A stretch of 64,000 nt of DNA from Oopsacas minuta (lineage: Eukaryota > Animalia > Porifera): the NCBI GenBank assembly GCA_024704765.1, contig JAKMXF010000011.1:186001-250000 (forward strand), written 5' to 3'. Positions 25,201-40,292 of this stretch are shown here, piece by piece (position 1 is the first letter of the stretch; each line of letters opens with the position of its first letter). The notes under the pieces are model-generated. The model did no database searches, was not told the DNA's origin, and saw only the letters and a program-made list of their open reading frames with translations. The position numbers and the translations under genes are program-made.

Positions 25201-27094
25201 AGAAATGTCGTTAAGGTTCTCTAACGGAAGATTTTCCACTTCGTTTTAACCATTTTACTCACACAAATCGAAATTCTAGCGGAAAATGTGGGATATTTTT
25301 TCAAAAATCACAGATCTTTCCGCAGTATTCTATGTATAGAGAAAGCAGAGACGAAGTTTCGGCTATGTTTCCAAAGAAATTCGAAAGAAATTTGCCAAAG
25401 GCCTAAATTTACTTTTTTAGTTGATATCGGCTAGAAAATTGACAAATATATTTTTCAGTGTGTTAGAATACTATTAGATATTTATTGTTGATATTTGTCA
25501 CTGAAATTGTGCTCATTAATAAATGAATTTCTGAAAAAGGGAAAATACCTGGGTAATGCGTCTATTTCACAGTTTTGATTTTAGAATACTGACACTATAA
25601 TATTTGAATATAATTCATCAAATCTTGGCACTTAACTAGCATTTCTAAATCAATAATCAAAACATTGCTGTTAATATTTCTTATTGAATTGCATTTTGGG
25701 TGAATTCCAAATCCGATTTTTGTTCAACCATTGTTTTATAGAATAACCTTGACATAAGCAGGAGATACTTTGGGATTTGATTTGAGAAGTAATTATCTCC
25801 AAAAAGTGAAAGGTCGAGCTCTCTCAGTTTCTCAGTTTTGATTGGTTATTACATTCTGAATAATTGCACAACTATAACTTGCTAGGAAGGTAATAACTTG
25901 AAATATATGAAGTAGAAACTCTGTAAAATGTTTCAAACAATTACATTTACTTATCTGACACAATACCAGAGTTTCTGTTTAAAGAATTCAGGCTGCCTCC
26001 ATTGTAACGAGTATTATTCCTGGAATTATTCAGAATGTCTAGTTACTACGTAGACAACCTAAAAATGAAATATTTTCAGATCATCTTTACATAAATGACA
26101 AGATAAAATACCTCGATTTACGTATAATACTAAATTATACATATACAGTTATTATATCTCTCAAAACAGAAGATAATACGATGTGCTTGCAAGAAAAGTG
26201 TGTAACAGGCCGCGAGGGACGATACAGTACATCGGCTTAGATGTACAAATCTATACTCATTTGGGCGAGCGGCTTCGAACAAGGAGCCACTCGATAGGGT
26301 TAGGATGAGATCTGAGAATGGAATATTGACACTTCCTGAGAACTTTATGTGCCGCAATGGGAAATAATTTCCATTTATGGTCATTTGACCACTTAATCGA
26401 CGGATAACTCTACGCTGATTTCGAAAATAACTATAATAATATGATTAGAATCATAGAAGTTATTTCAATTTTGCATCTTCTTTAATACAATCTGATGAGG
26501 ACACAAAATCACTCAAAAAATGTTTTCCCAAAGCGAACATTTGCCAAATTTGGACATGTTATGAAGCATAAATTCTACACCCACAGTATCAAATATGGTT
26601 AAATAAGAATCTGTTAAGGGATGGACCTTTTATGGCTAACACGACTACACTACATGGTATGTTTTAAGTGCATAGACATATCTACTAACAAGTGAGCATC
26701 AACTGGTATAAAGTCATCTAGGGCACAAGGGTTTATCTAAGTACATGGAAGGCACCAATAAGTGCCATCTCAGTAGCCAAAAAGGAAATAGAGTGCAAAC
26801 CACGAGATTCCAATCAGCATAGAATCAATATCTGAAGGTTCAAAAAAGTGCTATCCCAGTCCATGTAAGGAAAAATGCTGAGTCACAAATTCCAAATTTA
26901 GCCTCTGCTCTTATGCTAAATTATCAGATTATCTGGATCTAGATACCAAATTGAACATGTTTATAAATACGTTTAAAGAATCAGCCATTTAGCCGACAAA
27001 TCCTGGAATCTGGTAATGAGAAACTTCGTTCCTCTTCAGTATTTGATATATGACTGAGGTTCTTAGTTTGGGAGAGAGGTTGAACATAAATTGG

Positions 27095-29560
27095 CAGTGG
27101 CGGATTTATGGAGGGTATGGGGTATGCATGACCCCACCAGCTTTGTTAAATTATTTATTTCGTCTACTCAGTAGAGTGAATAAAATAAATACCTTGTTAT
27201 ACCACAACCCTAATGAATTTATTTTCTCGACTATATACTTGTAATTTGGGTAATGTTCCTTCAATAATATTCATTATTGCCTACTGTAGTTATTAAGGAG
27301 CCATAGGAATATAATTCTGATATTAATTAAAGAATATATATTTCACCATATTTCTAATTATTTGTTTACCCTTTTTATAATTAGTGTTTCCTTATGCAAC
27401 GTAAGAAAGTTTGTTTGACAAAAGATCAGTCAACTTTGAGCAACTTTTTTGCAAAGTCTCAACTTCCTTCTAATTCACAATTACCAGAAATTGACTCAAC
27501 AGATGTAGTCCACCTTTAGAAATGGACGAGTCTTGTGATTCAATTTTGTCTAATACGAAAAGTGCATCTTCTAACAATCCACATTACATTGTTTCTATTT
27601 TCTCTAAGACGGAATATTATTGAGAACTTGACCGTAAAAAGAAGATCTCCGACCTTCAGAAGCAACACTTACTTCTGAATCACATAATGCCAGATTCCAA
27701 CTTCAAATATCCTTACAGTATGAGAAGTGAAAATGTTCTCAAAAGGTTTATCTCTCTTTGTCTAACTTAACAGGTAAACCACGCTTTTAAATATCCATTT
27801 GAAATGCAGGGTGTTGTATGCGTTCCATGTATACTCTTTGCCAATATTGAAGTGTCGAACGATCGTGGTAAATTAACGAAGTTAGGAGCCTTTGTATTAC
27901 ACCCATTTCGGAATAATAAAAAGATACATGAGAAATCTGAGATCATCTCTGTAAACAATACCATATTATTTCTCAGAAGCGGGCTGATTTCTTCTTAAAC
28001 CATCTAGTAACAGGAAATTCTTTAAGCGTAATAAATCAATTGAGTGACACTTGGAGAAATCAAGTATTGGAAAACCGTCAATGCCTTATACCAATTGTCA
28101 AAACAATAATATTCTGTATTAGACTCGGAGTTGCACTCCGTGGTCACAATGACGATGGCATTATTGACACTGATACTACGATTTCTGGGCAAGAAGGTTA
28201 TTTCCGAGCATTGTTGGCATTTCGAGTGGATAGTGGAGATTTTATATTGGAAGAACACTTGAATAATTCGAATAAAAATGCAACTTACGTATCTAAAACA
28301 ATTCAAAGTCACCTTATTCAATTGTGTTGTGATCAAGTATTGGAAAAAATTGTGGATGAAGTTAAGGAGAGTACCTTTTATCTATTCTTGCAGATGAAAC
28401 TGCAGATAGCTCGCATCAAGAACAGTTGTGTATTGTACTACCCTATGTTTCCAGTGATTTTGTAGTGAAAGAGGAGTTCGTTGGGTTTGATTCTGTAGAT
28501 AACATTTCAGCAAACTCGATAACGCATGAAATTTTGGAGAGGCTTGGTGAAATGGGTTTAAATATTCGAAATTGTGTTGGCCAAGGTTACGATGGTGCGT
28601 CATCATTTTTGGGTTACTTGAATTGCGTTGCTATACACATTAAACAGAGTGCTTCAATGGCTGTATATGTCCATTGTGCTAGTCATGTCCTAAATCTCGT
28701 CTTAAATGAGAGTTCTTCAGTTCCTTCTATACGGAATATGTTCAATGCCATTCCAATACTATAACTTTCGTAAGCGAGTCTCCGCAACGAAAAGCAGTAT
28801 TTCACGCTAACCTAATAAATTACTGCACAACTAGATTCATACAACATCATGATGCCATTGTTAGATTTTCAGAAACTTTGAAATGTTATACATGGTCTGG
28901 AAGATATATTAGCAGATAGTGAATTTAACAGCAAGACTCTATCTTTGGCTTTATCGCACCTAATTTCCCTTAAAATTCTACCTTTTTGATTGCATTAGCT
29001 TCTGCTAAAAAGGTTATGTCTCTAACGATGATATTATCTAGGATTCTACAGCAAGTTAACCTTAACTTTTGCCAAGTATTTGCCACTCTTGATGCTACAA
29101 TACTAGAATTACAAACAATGCTAGATGACAAGGAAGACAAAGATTGGAATCAACCGAAAACTCAGCTTATAAAGAAGCTGAAAGATATGCTGTAATTGCT
29201 GGGGTTATTATTACACCCCTAGGCAAGCTTCTCGCCATATCCATGGTGTTTCATATAGTGAATCAGCTGTTCAATTAACGTATATGAATGAAACTATTCC
29301 AATCATCACCGAACAATTTTTAAATGCTCTGTTTGTATCTTTTTTGAGCACAGTGATTGATTATCTTACAAAAAGGTTTTCGAAACAATCGAGGTCAACA
29401 CTTGGATTATTCAAACTGATAAATTCTGAATCAATAGATACTGATATACATAAAGAGATATACAATATGTATGAAATGGCTTTTAATTGCCAAGAAGAGG
29501 AATTATTTCAAGAGTTAAAATTATACCAGAGTTATCGAAAATCAATCCCTTCACCCTGAT
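27095..29560 (+). mobile_element. hAT element of the ZMYM1/PRKRIR(THAP12)-like class, frameshifted and 3'-truncated
   Basis: Left terminus CAGTGGCGGATTTA. Motifs CVPCILF, ALRGHNDDG..FRALLAFR..NATYVSKTIQ, GQGYDGAS and YVHCASHVLNLV. No right TIR or C-terminal dimerisation domain was found. Confidence 0.88.
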
Positions 29561-30869
29561 TCACTAGACATTCTGTATTTAATATAGCATTTATCACCAT
29601 TGTTTACAAAATATAAAAATCAGTTCAGATAAAGTGGACGCGTGTTTTATTAATCGCACAGACTATGGATTTCACATTTTCTGTCTAATTCCAATTATTA
29701 CTAGATAAGAGTGAAAGTATTGGAGTTATATGAAGATATCAAAAAACATGGCAAAGCATGGTCTGTACGATAACTCAGAAACATGTGCACTTTATCATCA
29801 TAATTATTATATATTTTGTAAGGAAATTTGGATTATTTGGTATTTCAACATTTTGGAAATAGATTTTTTCAGGCTTGAATGGACCATTTGTATGGCCAGA
29901 AAACTCAAATGTACTAAAATCACATGAGTGTTAGAAATAATCTAAATATGCAAATATAAAAATTATCTTATCCGAAAATGTGCACTCAAGTGTGAAATTA
30001 ATCAAATATACTTACCATATATGTCTATTCCATTAATTCGAGAGTCAGATTCCGGGCCTTTACATTTTATAATGCATTAAATGTTTTACTGAGAGAATCA
30101 TCAAATATTTTGTTTCCAATAAATTTCATAATGCACTTATATGAAATAGATAGCTATGATAATATAGACGGTAATTTAATTATCTATCAGCACTACAGTA
30201 GAACCTCCATAAGCGGGGGAAGCCGCGACAGCAAATCTCCTGATAAACCCCATTCACCATAGATAATATCTAAGCAAATGTCCTTCAACAAAGATTTTTT
30301 GCCAACATATAAGTATAGCCAATTACTCTAACGACAGTTTTTTAAATGATATTGGATTACTTTATGCGCCCTAAGGTTAATAGTTGAAAATTAAAAATTG
30401 TAAGAAAATTGTATTCTGAGAATCCAAAGATTTCAATTCATCATAGTGATAAATTCTGATTTTTCCCAAATTTAGCCTACAAATTGATTTTTCAAGAGAA
30501 TCTCTCGTAGAACTTCGGCCTAGAGATATAAATTTCAATGGTGTTAAGGATAATCATCTCTAAGGTATGCCTCATTCCTCATTCCCTCATATAGATCCAA
30601 TTTATAGATACCCCACTTATTGAAAGTTGCGGTGTGTCAGTTTAATTGATGGTCTAGTAAAGCTGTACAAAATTAGAGTACATTATAGACTATGAGCCCA
30701 GATAACGCAATATAGAACAAATCGTGGCCCAAAAAAAATCGCGGTGAAAATGCGAAATCACGAAAATATTTCTTTATCTAGGAAAAATGAGTAACTTAAA
30801 TAGTATTCTGTTATTAGATCTAGGTCATGCCGGCCAAGGTGCCAAAAAGGGCCAAAATATCTTGACAGT

Positions 30870-31349
30870 ATCTATATAAGCTAAGAAATGAATAGTGTGT
30901 AAAAGAATGCTCAGTCTAGATCTGGAAGTTGAAGATTAAAATCAAGTAAATGCTTCCTGGAACCATGGACAATTTTCTAGAGAAATTTCAACTTTTAGAA
31001 CAGAATTTTACGAAAAGGTTCTAATCCAGGATCGAGTGAAATTCTCTCCTTTCTCCGATTGGAAGTTGATAGAGGAGAAGTACGTATATGGATAGGAGGT
31101 CAAATTTTCCCAGGTCTCAAGATTACTCTTCTTCCGGTAATACTCCTTTGATGATATGAAGAACTTGACCTTATATGGAATATTATCATATCCTTCATGT
31201 GAGATATTCTTACCATCAATAAGAAACCAAACAATTGCTTTAAGACTTTTGCCCATTAAATATAGACAATACGAGCGCTCTTCGCTTGCTTGCGCTACGC
31301 GGTTGCAAACACTTCGTCTCAACACTCGGCATATGGCCTTCGAGTACAT
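30870..31349 (-). pseudogene. Transib/RAG1-like N-terminal relic (T5)
   Basis: YYRKKSNLETWENLT, followed after a 1-nt indel by SRKHLLDFNLQ/TSRSRLSILLHTIHFLA. Confidence 0.65.
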
Positions 31350-32149
31350 AAACTAATAATCTTAACCATAAGAAACATGATACTGACATAATATTCAAAT
31401 CTGCTTAATTTATGTCCTCAAAGTGAACAGATATTTACAAAATGTTGGTTACAATATCATATTTGGACTCAGTATATTCGATTACCTAAGTCTATCCATT
31501 GAAGCATGTTTCTACAATAATTATAAATCGGTTCAGCACGCTCGATATAGTCAGTGAAGTTGTATTGAATTTGATTTACCTCCTTGCAAAACACGCTAAA
31601 TAAACAGTTATGTGACAATTTCTAAATTGCATACCGTAAATCCTTTCCTTGACGACAAACAAACAAACAACAATTGAGGCCAGAACTTCACTAGTAGCTA
31701 TTATTAGACATAAGAATATTAAAATTATTTTCGTGTAGAATCTAAATTTATATGAGGACAAGAATATATTCTCCGAATTTTTGTCCGTTCCAAGCATTGA
31801 TGTACCCAAAAATATATCAGTGCGGCTCCGGTCCGCGTCTTAAAATTTGTGTCTAATTTCAAAAATGTATGTATCGAAAACAATTAACAATAATTTTGGT
31901 CCTCTTTTGTCACCTGATAGAGGCAGCACTCCAAACAGTAAATTAGAGCTTAAATATTTCCCACAAGGCCATCAAAACCAGACAGTCAAACGAATTTTGG
32001 AAACACTGATACCTATAATAGTTATATACACTGTTCTGATATAAGAAATAAATCAAATTGAAGATTAACTACAAATATTATACAGGTATATATTTGGAAT
32101 AAAATCGTTGATAAGTTAGTTAGGTCTTAAATTTGCGGAAAAATTATTA

Positions 32150-34500
32150 AAAGGATTGATGTTATCATTAATCCCCTGAAATTGCTATAATATAACAAGG
32201 ATTTGCACTCTTCAAAGAAAATGTAAAAGTGAAGATTCTACACTTATAGTTGACGGGAAAATGTTAAGTATTTTAAGTGGTGCCGGTGGTGGTAAATGCC
32301 AACTTTGTATTGACAGTCGCGGAGAGTTGTCAGATTAGGAGGTTGTTAGACCTGGCTTTCCAATTAATAGGGCAATATCAACAGTCAAAGAGACAGTCTC
32401 AATCGTTAATTCACAAGAATATTTGTTACTTCCCTCCAAACAAAGACACGGAATAGCACATGAACTAATTTCTGAGATTGATATCATACAGCATCTACAT
32501 CACAAATATACACTTGTGTATATGTACTAGGTTGTCCAAAAAGTTCGCGGAATTTTATCCCTAGTTTGTGTTATATACACTCTATCAATTAGCCTATTGT
32601 TTCGATTAATTCTAATATTCCTTATCTCAATTATCCTAACTTTTGTAATCAAAAAGTTTGGTTTAGGTATTCTTTTAACATCATCTACGATTGTCGTATT
32701 TTTTCTAAGATGGAAAACTCAGAAGATGGGAAACGATATATCATTTGGTTTCTCTGGAAACAAAATATAAGTGGAAGCGAGATTCTCTACGAGATGGAAA
32801 AGGTTTATGGTAGTAAATGCCCTGGTAAATCGATGGTTTACAAATGGATTGACAGATTTAATGATGGGCATTCAACTGTTGATGATAACCCAAGACCTGG
32901 TCGTCCGAAAACATGTTCCAACCAAGAAAATATCAAAATTATATCAAACATTCTTGATAAAGATAGACGTGTGACTCTGCGGCAGTTAGAGGAAGAATTG
33001 GGGATGTCAAAATCAATACTTGATAAGATTCTAACTGAACAATTGGGAATGTCGAGAGTTCTTTCTCGTTGGGTTCCCAAATTGTTATCTGAATCTCAAA
33101 GGATTGAAAGGGTTCGTGTTTGTCGCCAGCTCTTACGGATTTCTAAGAAGGAGCCAAGGTTCTTTGATCGTTTAGTCACAGGGGACGAGACTTGGTTACA
33201 TTTTTATGAGCCTAAGACAAGTTTACAGACGAGTCAATGGAAGCGTAGGCATGAAGCAACTCCTATTAGACCCAGAGCCGTCGCATCAGCAGGCAAACGG
33301 ATGGCAACAGTTTTTGGGACACAAAGGGAATAATCATGATTGATTGGTTACCTAACAAAGTAACAATAAATACTGAATACTATGTTCAAGTTCTGAAGAA
33401 ATTGCGCGAAGCTATCAAGTCTAAGAGGCGTGGCAAGTTGAGTTCTCATGTTTTGCTTCAGCATGATAATGCTCCAGCCCATACCAGCAGGCGAACTTTG
33501 GATGAAATTCAACATTTAGGATTCGAATTACTCCCACATCCCCATACAGCCCAGATCTAGCGCCCAGCGACTACTGGCTTTTTTCAGAAATGAAAAGACC
33601 ACTTAGAGGTAAACGTTTCAGCGATTTTGAGCACCTTAGGTCCGCTGTAAATTCATGGATTCAAGGTACCCCTGAAAAATCCTTCACCACAGGAATAAAT
33701 AAACTCCCATCAAATGGAAGAAATGTATCGAGGTTAAGGGTGAGTTTATTGAAAACTATGAACAATAATTAGTTGAGTATGATCATTGATAAATAAAATA
33801 TATTTGTAATTCCGCGAACTTTTTGGAAAACCTGGTATATAATGGAGAGGCTGGAATGATATCAATCTAATGTAAATTGAAATGGTGGCTTCGATGAAGT
33901 TTACTCAACAATTTATTATGCGAAAAACAGTTTAAGAATAGACAACCCGCACGGGGATGGAAGCACAACCTCAACTGGAGAATAGCTAGACAGTGGTTCT
34001 AGATAAAAATGACTGTATATCATGGGTGTCTACCATGATACCCAGATTAAGAGAACAAATATATGACTCAAATACCAAACTTTATGAATTATTGCGAATA
34101 TTCAACTTTAACTATGCTTTTGACACAGACAGCTTAGATGCGCTATGCAAACACACTTATGAATCAATCATCATTAATTTCCCCGGGCAAGTATTATTTA
34201 ATCTCTACACTCTGCAGAGTAAATTCGAGACCGTAATGGTTGTTATGGCTTCAAGACTTTCACTGAAGAATCAGTGGTGGTAATTAATAAATTCATACAT
34301 ACCGAGAACAACTTTAAAGAAAGGTCTCATTTACCACAAATTGATATATTTGTGCGACTTAGCCAGAGCGATAATGTTCTTGTCAGAAATCCAGATGTTT
34401 TACAGGAAAAGGAGTGTAAGGATTCGGGCACACAATTCGCTGTAAATATAGTATTCAGCAAGGCCAGACGAAGGATCAGACATATTGGTAAATTACGGCA
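32150..34500 (+). pseudogene. Transib/RAG1-like copy (T6) split by a mariner insertion
   Basis: Before the mariner: VDGKMLSILSGAGGGKCQLC..GFPINRAI..LLLPSKQRHGIAHELISEIDII. After it: DGSTTSTG, FDTDSLDALCKHTYESIIINFP, DIFVRLSQSD, and KECKDSGHTIRC (1-nt shift). Confidence 0.88.
32527..33835 (+). mobile_element. Mariner element, full length (1309 bp), DD34D type, two frameshifts
   Basis: TA TSDs; TIR CTAGGTTGTCCAAAAAGTTCGCGGAATT. Motifs WVPKLL, GDETW and HDNAPAH, plus YSPDLAPSDY after a 1-nt deletion. Confidence 0.96.
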
Positions 34501-35559
34501 TGGTTTGCACTTCTATGTCGATAGTCACATTTAACTCGATAATCTTTGCAATTATAGTATCAAGATAGCCAATTTATAATATATACACAACTGCCCATAC
34601 CTTGATAAAACTTTTTCATATGATATCTCTGATGATAATTGTGGAATCTTGAAACGGACTAAATATAGGCATATTCAGGGAAGTTGGGTATTTGTTAAAT
34701 TTGGGGCAATCTTGATAAGACTTTAACCGTAACGATTATCGAGGTGTAAAAGAATAGGGGCATAGAAGTGTAATCCATGGTTCAACTGTCACTCAAGAAC
34801 TAGCCAACTTTATGATGATAATTTTTGATATTTTTGAGAAAAATATATTTAGAATATCTCATAATTTAAATTCGAAATCTAATCAGCATTTTGCAAAATA
34901 TCAGCCTTTAGGCGATCACATAAATTCTTTTCGACCTGAAAATATTTTCTAGACGTGGTATGTGTGATTTATCAAATTATATTTGTTAAGCTGGATGATA
35001 GCTTCAGTCTCTCTGCAAAGATCATGAGTTTTTGAATTCGAATCTACTACAATGTACTTCTTTTTATCCTGGCCCAGAAAATAATTGTAATTTCCAGTCC
35101 ATATATTACGTAGTTCACGCTTCATCATATTTGAATATGAATCTTGAAATGTTTCTCTCAATCTTTGCATAAATAAGTCAAATTTCGATAAAATTCTTAC
35201 AAATTACTCTTTGCTACGCAAATGGACTTGAACAGAAACTTGACATATCTATTTTATTATTGATGATAGAGCACTAGATCTATTTTAGTAGATACGAAGG
35301 AGACGGCTTCCTATTAATGAATAATACAGTTTTATAGGGTATCTTCTCCAAATATTCTAAGAATTCTTTAAAATCTTGTCATGTGTTAGTTGATACTAGT
35401 TGAAACAAGAGATCTATATGATGAGTCGAAAAATAATATTTCGATATGTAAGGCTGACATTCATATACTCAAAATGATAGAAATGGAAGTTTTTCATTTC
35501 CATATATAATGATACAATCTTTAGTCATTAGTCCACTCCTTTCTACTAGATTGGGTGAA

Positions 35560-36150
35560 TGCATGAACTGGAGTGCTGTCAGTGAACTCAGTAGTCGTTG
35601 ATGGTTAGATTGTTTTTCTTATGAGTATTTAATCATGTTTCGGTTAGTAACATAATATCTAAGCTGTTGGATATAATAAAATTATTAAACTTGTCAATTT
35701 TCATATGTATCCAGAGAGCATCCGATATTGCTAGGCTAGCACTAGTTTTGATCCTAATAAGGTTTGGCTTTAATTTCGTGCACTCTAGCAATAGGTCCCT
35801 TTTGAGTTTTGGGATGGGAGGTATATATAACACTCATTCTAGTTCGTTTCTTTCTTCGCACTTAAATTCCTTACCAGAAGGACAGCCTCTGTATATCACA
35901 TGATATTTATCTGCAGGATAGATTAGGGCTTCAGAGGAAAATATCCGGTACAAGTGTGCATTCAGTTAAAATAATAGTAAGCAGAATGTCAGGACATTTG
36001 GATGTAGTATATGGGGATGATTGGGGTGGGAATTGTAGGAGAAGATGTGGTAGAAAGCAAACACAAAAACAAATCAGAAAGGGAATTAGTAGGTTGTTGG
36101 GTAATATCTATAACAGCGAAAGAGGCACTGTACAACAAATATAATTTTAG
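35560..36150 (-). pseudogene. Non-LTR retrotransposon (LINE) relic: ORF1 end and start of the APE endonuclease
   Basis: YHVIYRGCP resembles an ORF1 zinc-knuckle region. KIDKFNNFIISNSLDIMLLTET resembles the N-terminal APE motif. Confidence 0.55.
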
Positions 36151-36941
36151 ATAGACTAAACAATAAGTTTATTTATGAAGATTTATTACACGTTTGTGGT
36201 AAAGTAGAGAATATTAAAAGTGACTAATAACTTAGTACTCATTCGAGTTTCGTGTAAGAACTTTATTATTCATGAATAGGAAGTCACATATTGTGGACAC
36301 AAAAGTGGCAAGAGTAAATGGATAAAATCAGTATCTTTCCAGATATGGCTAGAATCCCTTAATACAGATTGACATAGCAACAGAGGAATGTGGAAGTATT
36401 CCATAAAAATCTCCACATATTTTGAAACAAATACAGCTTATGATGTACCAAGAAGTATCGAAATCTAAAAAATTATTATTGAGTTTAAACAACCTCAAAT
36501 CTACTAGAAGGTGATACTTCAAAAACCGCATATTTTTTGCTAGAATAGATGCATTTAATATTTGGAGAAGAACAAATAGTCAAGCATGATGTAAAATAAC
36601 TCAGGAAGGTTTCAAAATAGTTTTCTAGCAAGCATTTATCTTGTAATATGCCATTTTTTTTGACGGCTTGTAAAACGTTAAATATTGCATCTTTCATTGA
36701 TGAACTGATCAAAATAGATAACTTTATATGAAATATCAAAAAAATTGTGATACAAAAGTTTGATAACTCTTAATTAAAGTAGAGAACAGGGATGACGCGT
36801 TTTTATGAATACCCCATTAAAACTCGATAATACATGTCCACAAATTTACATTTCATTCTCACCAAGAATGAAGAATACCTTCTTCAAACCATTTACTACT
36901 AAGATAAGTCCTAAAAGTATCTCGAAATTGGGACCAAGGAT

Positions 36942-39052
36942 TAGTGCTGCAAACTGAAACTGATATTTAACTGAACTTAAAACAACTGAAATAATTCTTT
37001 TTATGTTTTTCGAACTGAAACTGATACAGAAATCTATTATTCTCTCAACTGAAACTATAACTGAAACTGAAATGTAATCTTTAAAGCAACTGAAAAGGCA
37101 TTCCTCTAATGTTAAATTAGTCTACAAATTTAAGTAATAAGTCCTATATAAATATTACTCAATATTCTAATACAAATCCCAAACAAATCTAACATATCAC
37201 TATTTGATGCTATCATGGTTCTTTCTTTAAGTACAGAGTTAGATAAAGAACGTATCCTGCACTCAACTTATATCCCTGGAACAGAGGACAATCTTTCTAC
37301 CCTAACACCTGCGGATGAGAACGCCAGATGACCGAGAGCAAAAGTTGATGTTTCGGTTAGTGTTGCTCTTATATTCCCAGTATTAGTAGAGTTGGTTTCC
37401 TCGTTCTTTGATGTGTTTCGCTATAATAGTTGTCTCTACAGGCTGATAAGGTTTATTACAATATTCTTCGAATTGCATTATGATCCGTGATAAATTTGCT
37501 ACCTGGGATTTTAGGCTAGCATTGGGTTTTCTGTGTTACACCATTCATCGGTGAAAAACCATCCCCATTCTTCAATTCGATCATTTTCAGTAACTTTGAA
37601 ATCAGCGAAGCGAGACGGAACATTTATCATTTTTTGGGAGGTATTATTGAAGGGATTGTACAACCAAGTTGCATATTCAGGACCTAACAACTCTTTCACC
37701 TGATTTATGCTGGCGGAGAGAGGTGGTTTGCTGAATATTAGATAGAATCTTGGATCAAGACATACCACCAATTGGAAGTATCATTATAGAGCCATAAAAA
37801 CATTTCTTGAGATAATCTAGCATCATAAATGCAAGGATAGGAAAGCTTGAGTGTATTGTCATTTCTCTTTCCAAGGTAAAAGCATTGTCATCAGAGGGAA
37901 TAAATGTGAAACACTAAAGTGGTCATTGATCAATATCTGCGTTTAAGTCCACATTGGTTTCATTAGCTGATTGAATTCTTTCAATTTTCACCAATGTAAA
38001 GTCTCAGGAAGAAAGTTTGTGGTGACCTTGTCAATGTGTTGTATTACAAAATCTGGCAATATGGCAATACTGCAGCAACTTCTTTGCATTCTAAATGATA
38101 GGTGAAAAGGAATTTTGCATGTTGGAACATCTCTAAAGAGTGATAATGGACACATGCGATTCCAATCCTGGTTCTAGCTTGCAGATCTATGCAACGGATC
38201 AAGAAATTCCCGGGCATCGTTGATCAAGGTGCATGGGCTCTTGTACTTGGGTTTGGTGCAGAGTTTTATTGGAAGATTTTGGTGTGTACTGGATGGCCAT
38301 AGTGCTGGCCTTTCCACTGAACTGAAGACAAGTCTCTTAGCAACTACTCAAACTCAGTGTCCAAATCTTCCAATTCATTATGGTCATGTAAATCTGGAAT
38401 GGAAGATAACTCAGAGTCGAGTAGGTCAAATTCTCTGACCATGTTTGAAGCATTATCTGAGAATAAAATATCTGAGTATATAGTCTCGCCATAAAGGAAC
38501 ATTTATAACCTTTTACGGGCCCAACAATCAACGCTGACGTGGTAAAGAGGGAGTACAGGGTCCCTAGTAGTGTGTAAGACAGTGGTTAGCTCGAAATGGA
38601 TCTGAGATTGGATGAGGTTGCCCGATTTATTATGATGTTATACACTCCCTGGTCAAAAGGATTGGAACAATCGAAGTTCGAATGTACAAACTCCATACAT
38701 CATACATTGGGTATAAATTATGGACAGATTAGCCAATAGCTACGCTCTTCAAGTGATGCACAAAGATGTTTCTTCTACACTCAAGTCACGAATTGTATGA
38801 ATTCCAACGAATAGTAAACAGATCATGATCCAAAAGTGTAGGATAGAGTATAGATCATGGTCTGTACTATATGATATATGGAATCCGCATCATCAACCTG
38901 TCAAGTGATAAAATGAATAGACATATTGATCTAGAATGATAGTATGTAATCATCTAATCAAGATTATATTTCATTATATGAGGAATATGAGGACAGAAGC
39001 TCCAGCAGCAGATATACTGGTATTAACTGAAACTGAAATGTAGCGGCTCTTA
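36942..39052 (-). mobile_element. hAT (Ac-like) element relic with AACTGAAACTG subterminal repeats
   Basis: Repeat cluster at 36950-37095 and one copy at 39025-39040. Fragments SDNASNMV, RDVPT, CLDPRF and NPMLA occur in the correct order. The TSD was not recovered. Confidence 0.7.
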
Positions 39053-39200
39053 GCTGGAGGAAATTTGACTACATGTTAGGAATGAGCATATCAAATTTGA
39101 TACAAACATTTGAAAAAAGATGAACATACATTGTTGACCTGTGAAATCGTGAAAATTATTATCAAATAAAGATAGCCAATATTATGTTAATACCGGCTTT

Positions 39201-39324
39201 CCATACCCTGATGATATCTATGAAAGTTATTGAGTTATGTTAAAATCTACAAAACATAGCTATAGTTAAAGAATACAACACATTGTTAAGAGTTATCATA
39301 TTAAAAAGCATTATCAGGGTATGG
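39201..39324. repeat. Small MITE-like hairpin
   Basis: ccataccctgatgat ... attatcagggtatgg. Confidence 0.55.
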
Positions 39325-40292
39325 GATGTCTAGTATTCACAACAAATTGGCATCCTGATTTAATAATCACTTCAACCATTATTGAGTTATAACTGGATAA
39401 AAGTGAAAATCTGTCATCCCGGGTCTCCACAGTAACTCGAGAAGGAAAAACCTTTACATTACTAATTTTGATACTTGGTATAAATCAATCTATAGATGTT
39501 AGTTGAATGATATGTTCTACAAGACATTAAGACTAGCATATTTAACAAAAATATGCTTACTAGACACATATTTTGACACAATCTTTTAGGATATATAGTT
39601 GATACCACCTTGTGCTACAATTATGCAATACATTTATTTGGGGATAATTGAGCAGTACCTGAATATAATAATCACCTTGACCAAGCATTTTCAAATCGGA
39701 ATCAAGAATTATTGATGAAATGAAAGATTATCATGGGCAACAAACAGAGATGAAAATAATCTCGAAATAATGTGAATTTAAACTGCACATTCTTACATTA
39801 TCAGAATACAGAGGTGGAACAACCAGTCCCAGGTCATATTAGAGGGAGCACACCGAAATCCTAACTGGGTTAAGCAACACATAATTAAGTTGCAAAGATA
39901 TATAAAAGGGAATAAAAGCAACTTTGTAGGATACTTTTAAGTGAGCCTGAAGCAAAACCATCCAAAATTTTGCCATTTACTTGTGTTCTTTGAATGTATT
40001 ACAGTATGTGCAATAAAACCAATTGAAGATTATTAGTTGTGGCGGCACGTGCCCCACGTGGTTCCCTGTCACCGCCTCTGTAGTAGCAAAAAAGAACTAT
40101 AAACAAAACCTCACCAACAAAATTGCAATAGGTTTTGTACGCCAATAGCACTACGGTGATGAAAGCACTTCCTATGAGGCATAAAAACGCGTTGAAGCCC
40201 AAAGACCAGTGATAAAACGATTCAGAATGTACTAATTTCTGTTTCCTGAGGGTGTAGATATTATACGATCTCCACTGAAATAGATTCAGCCG

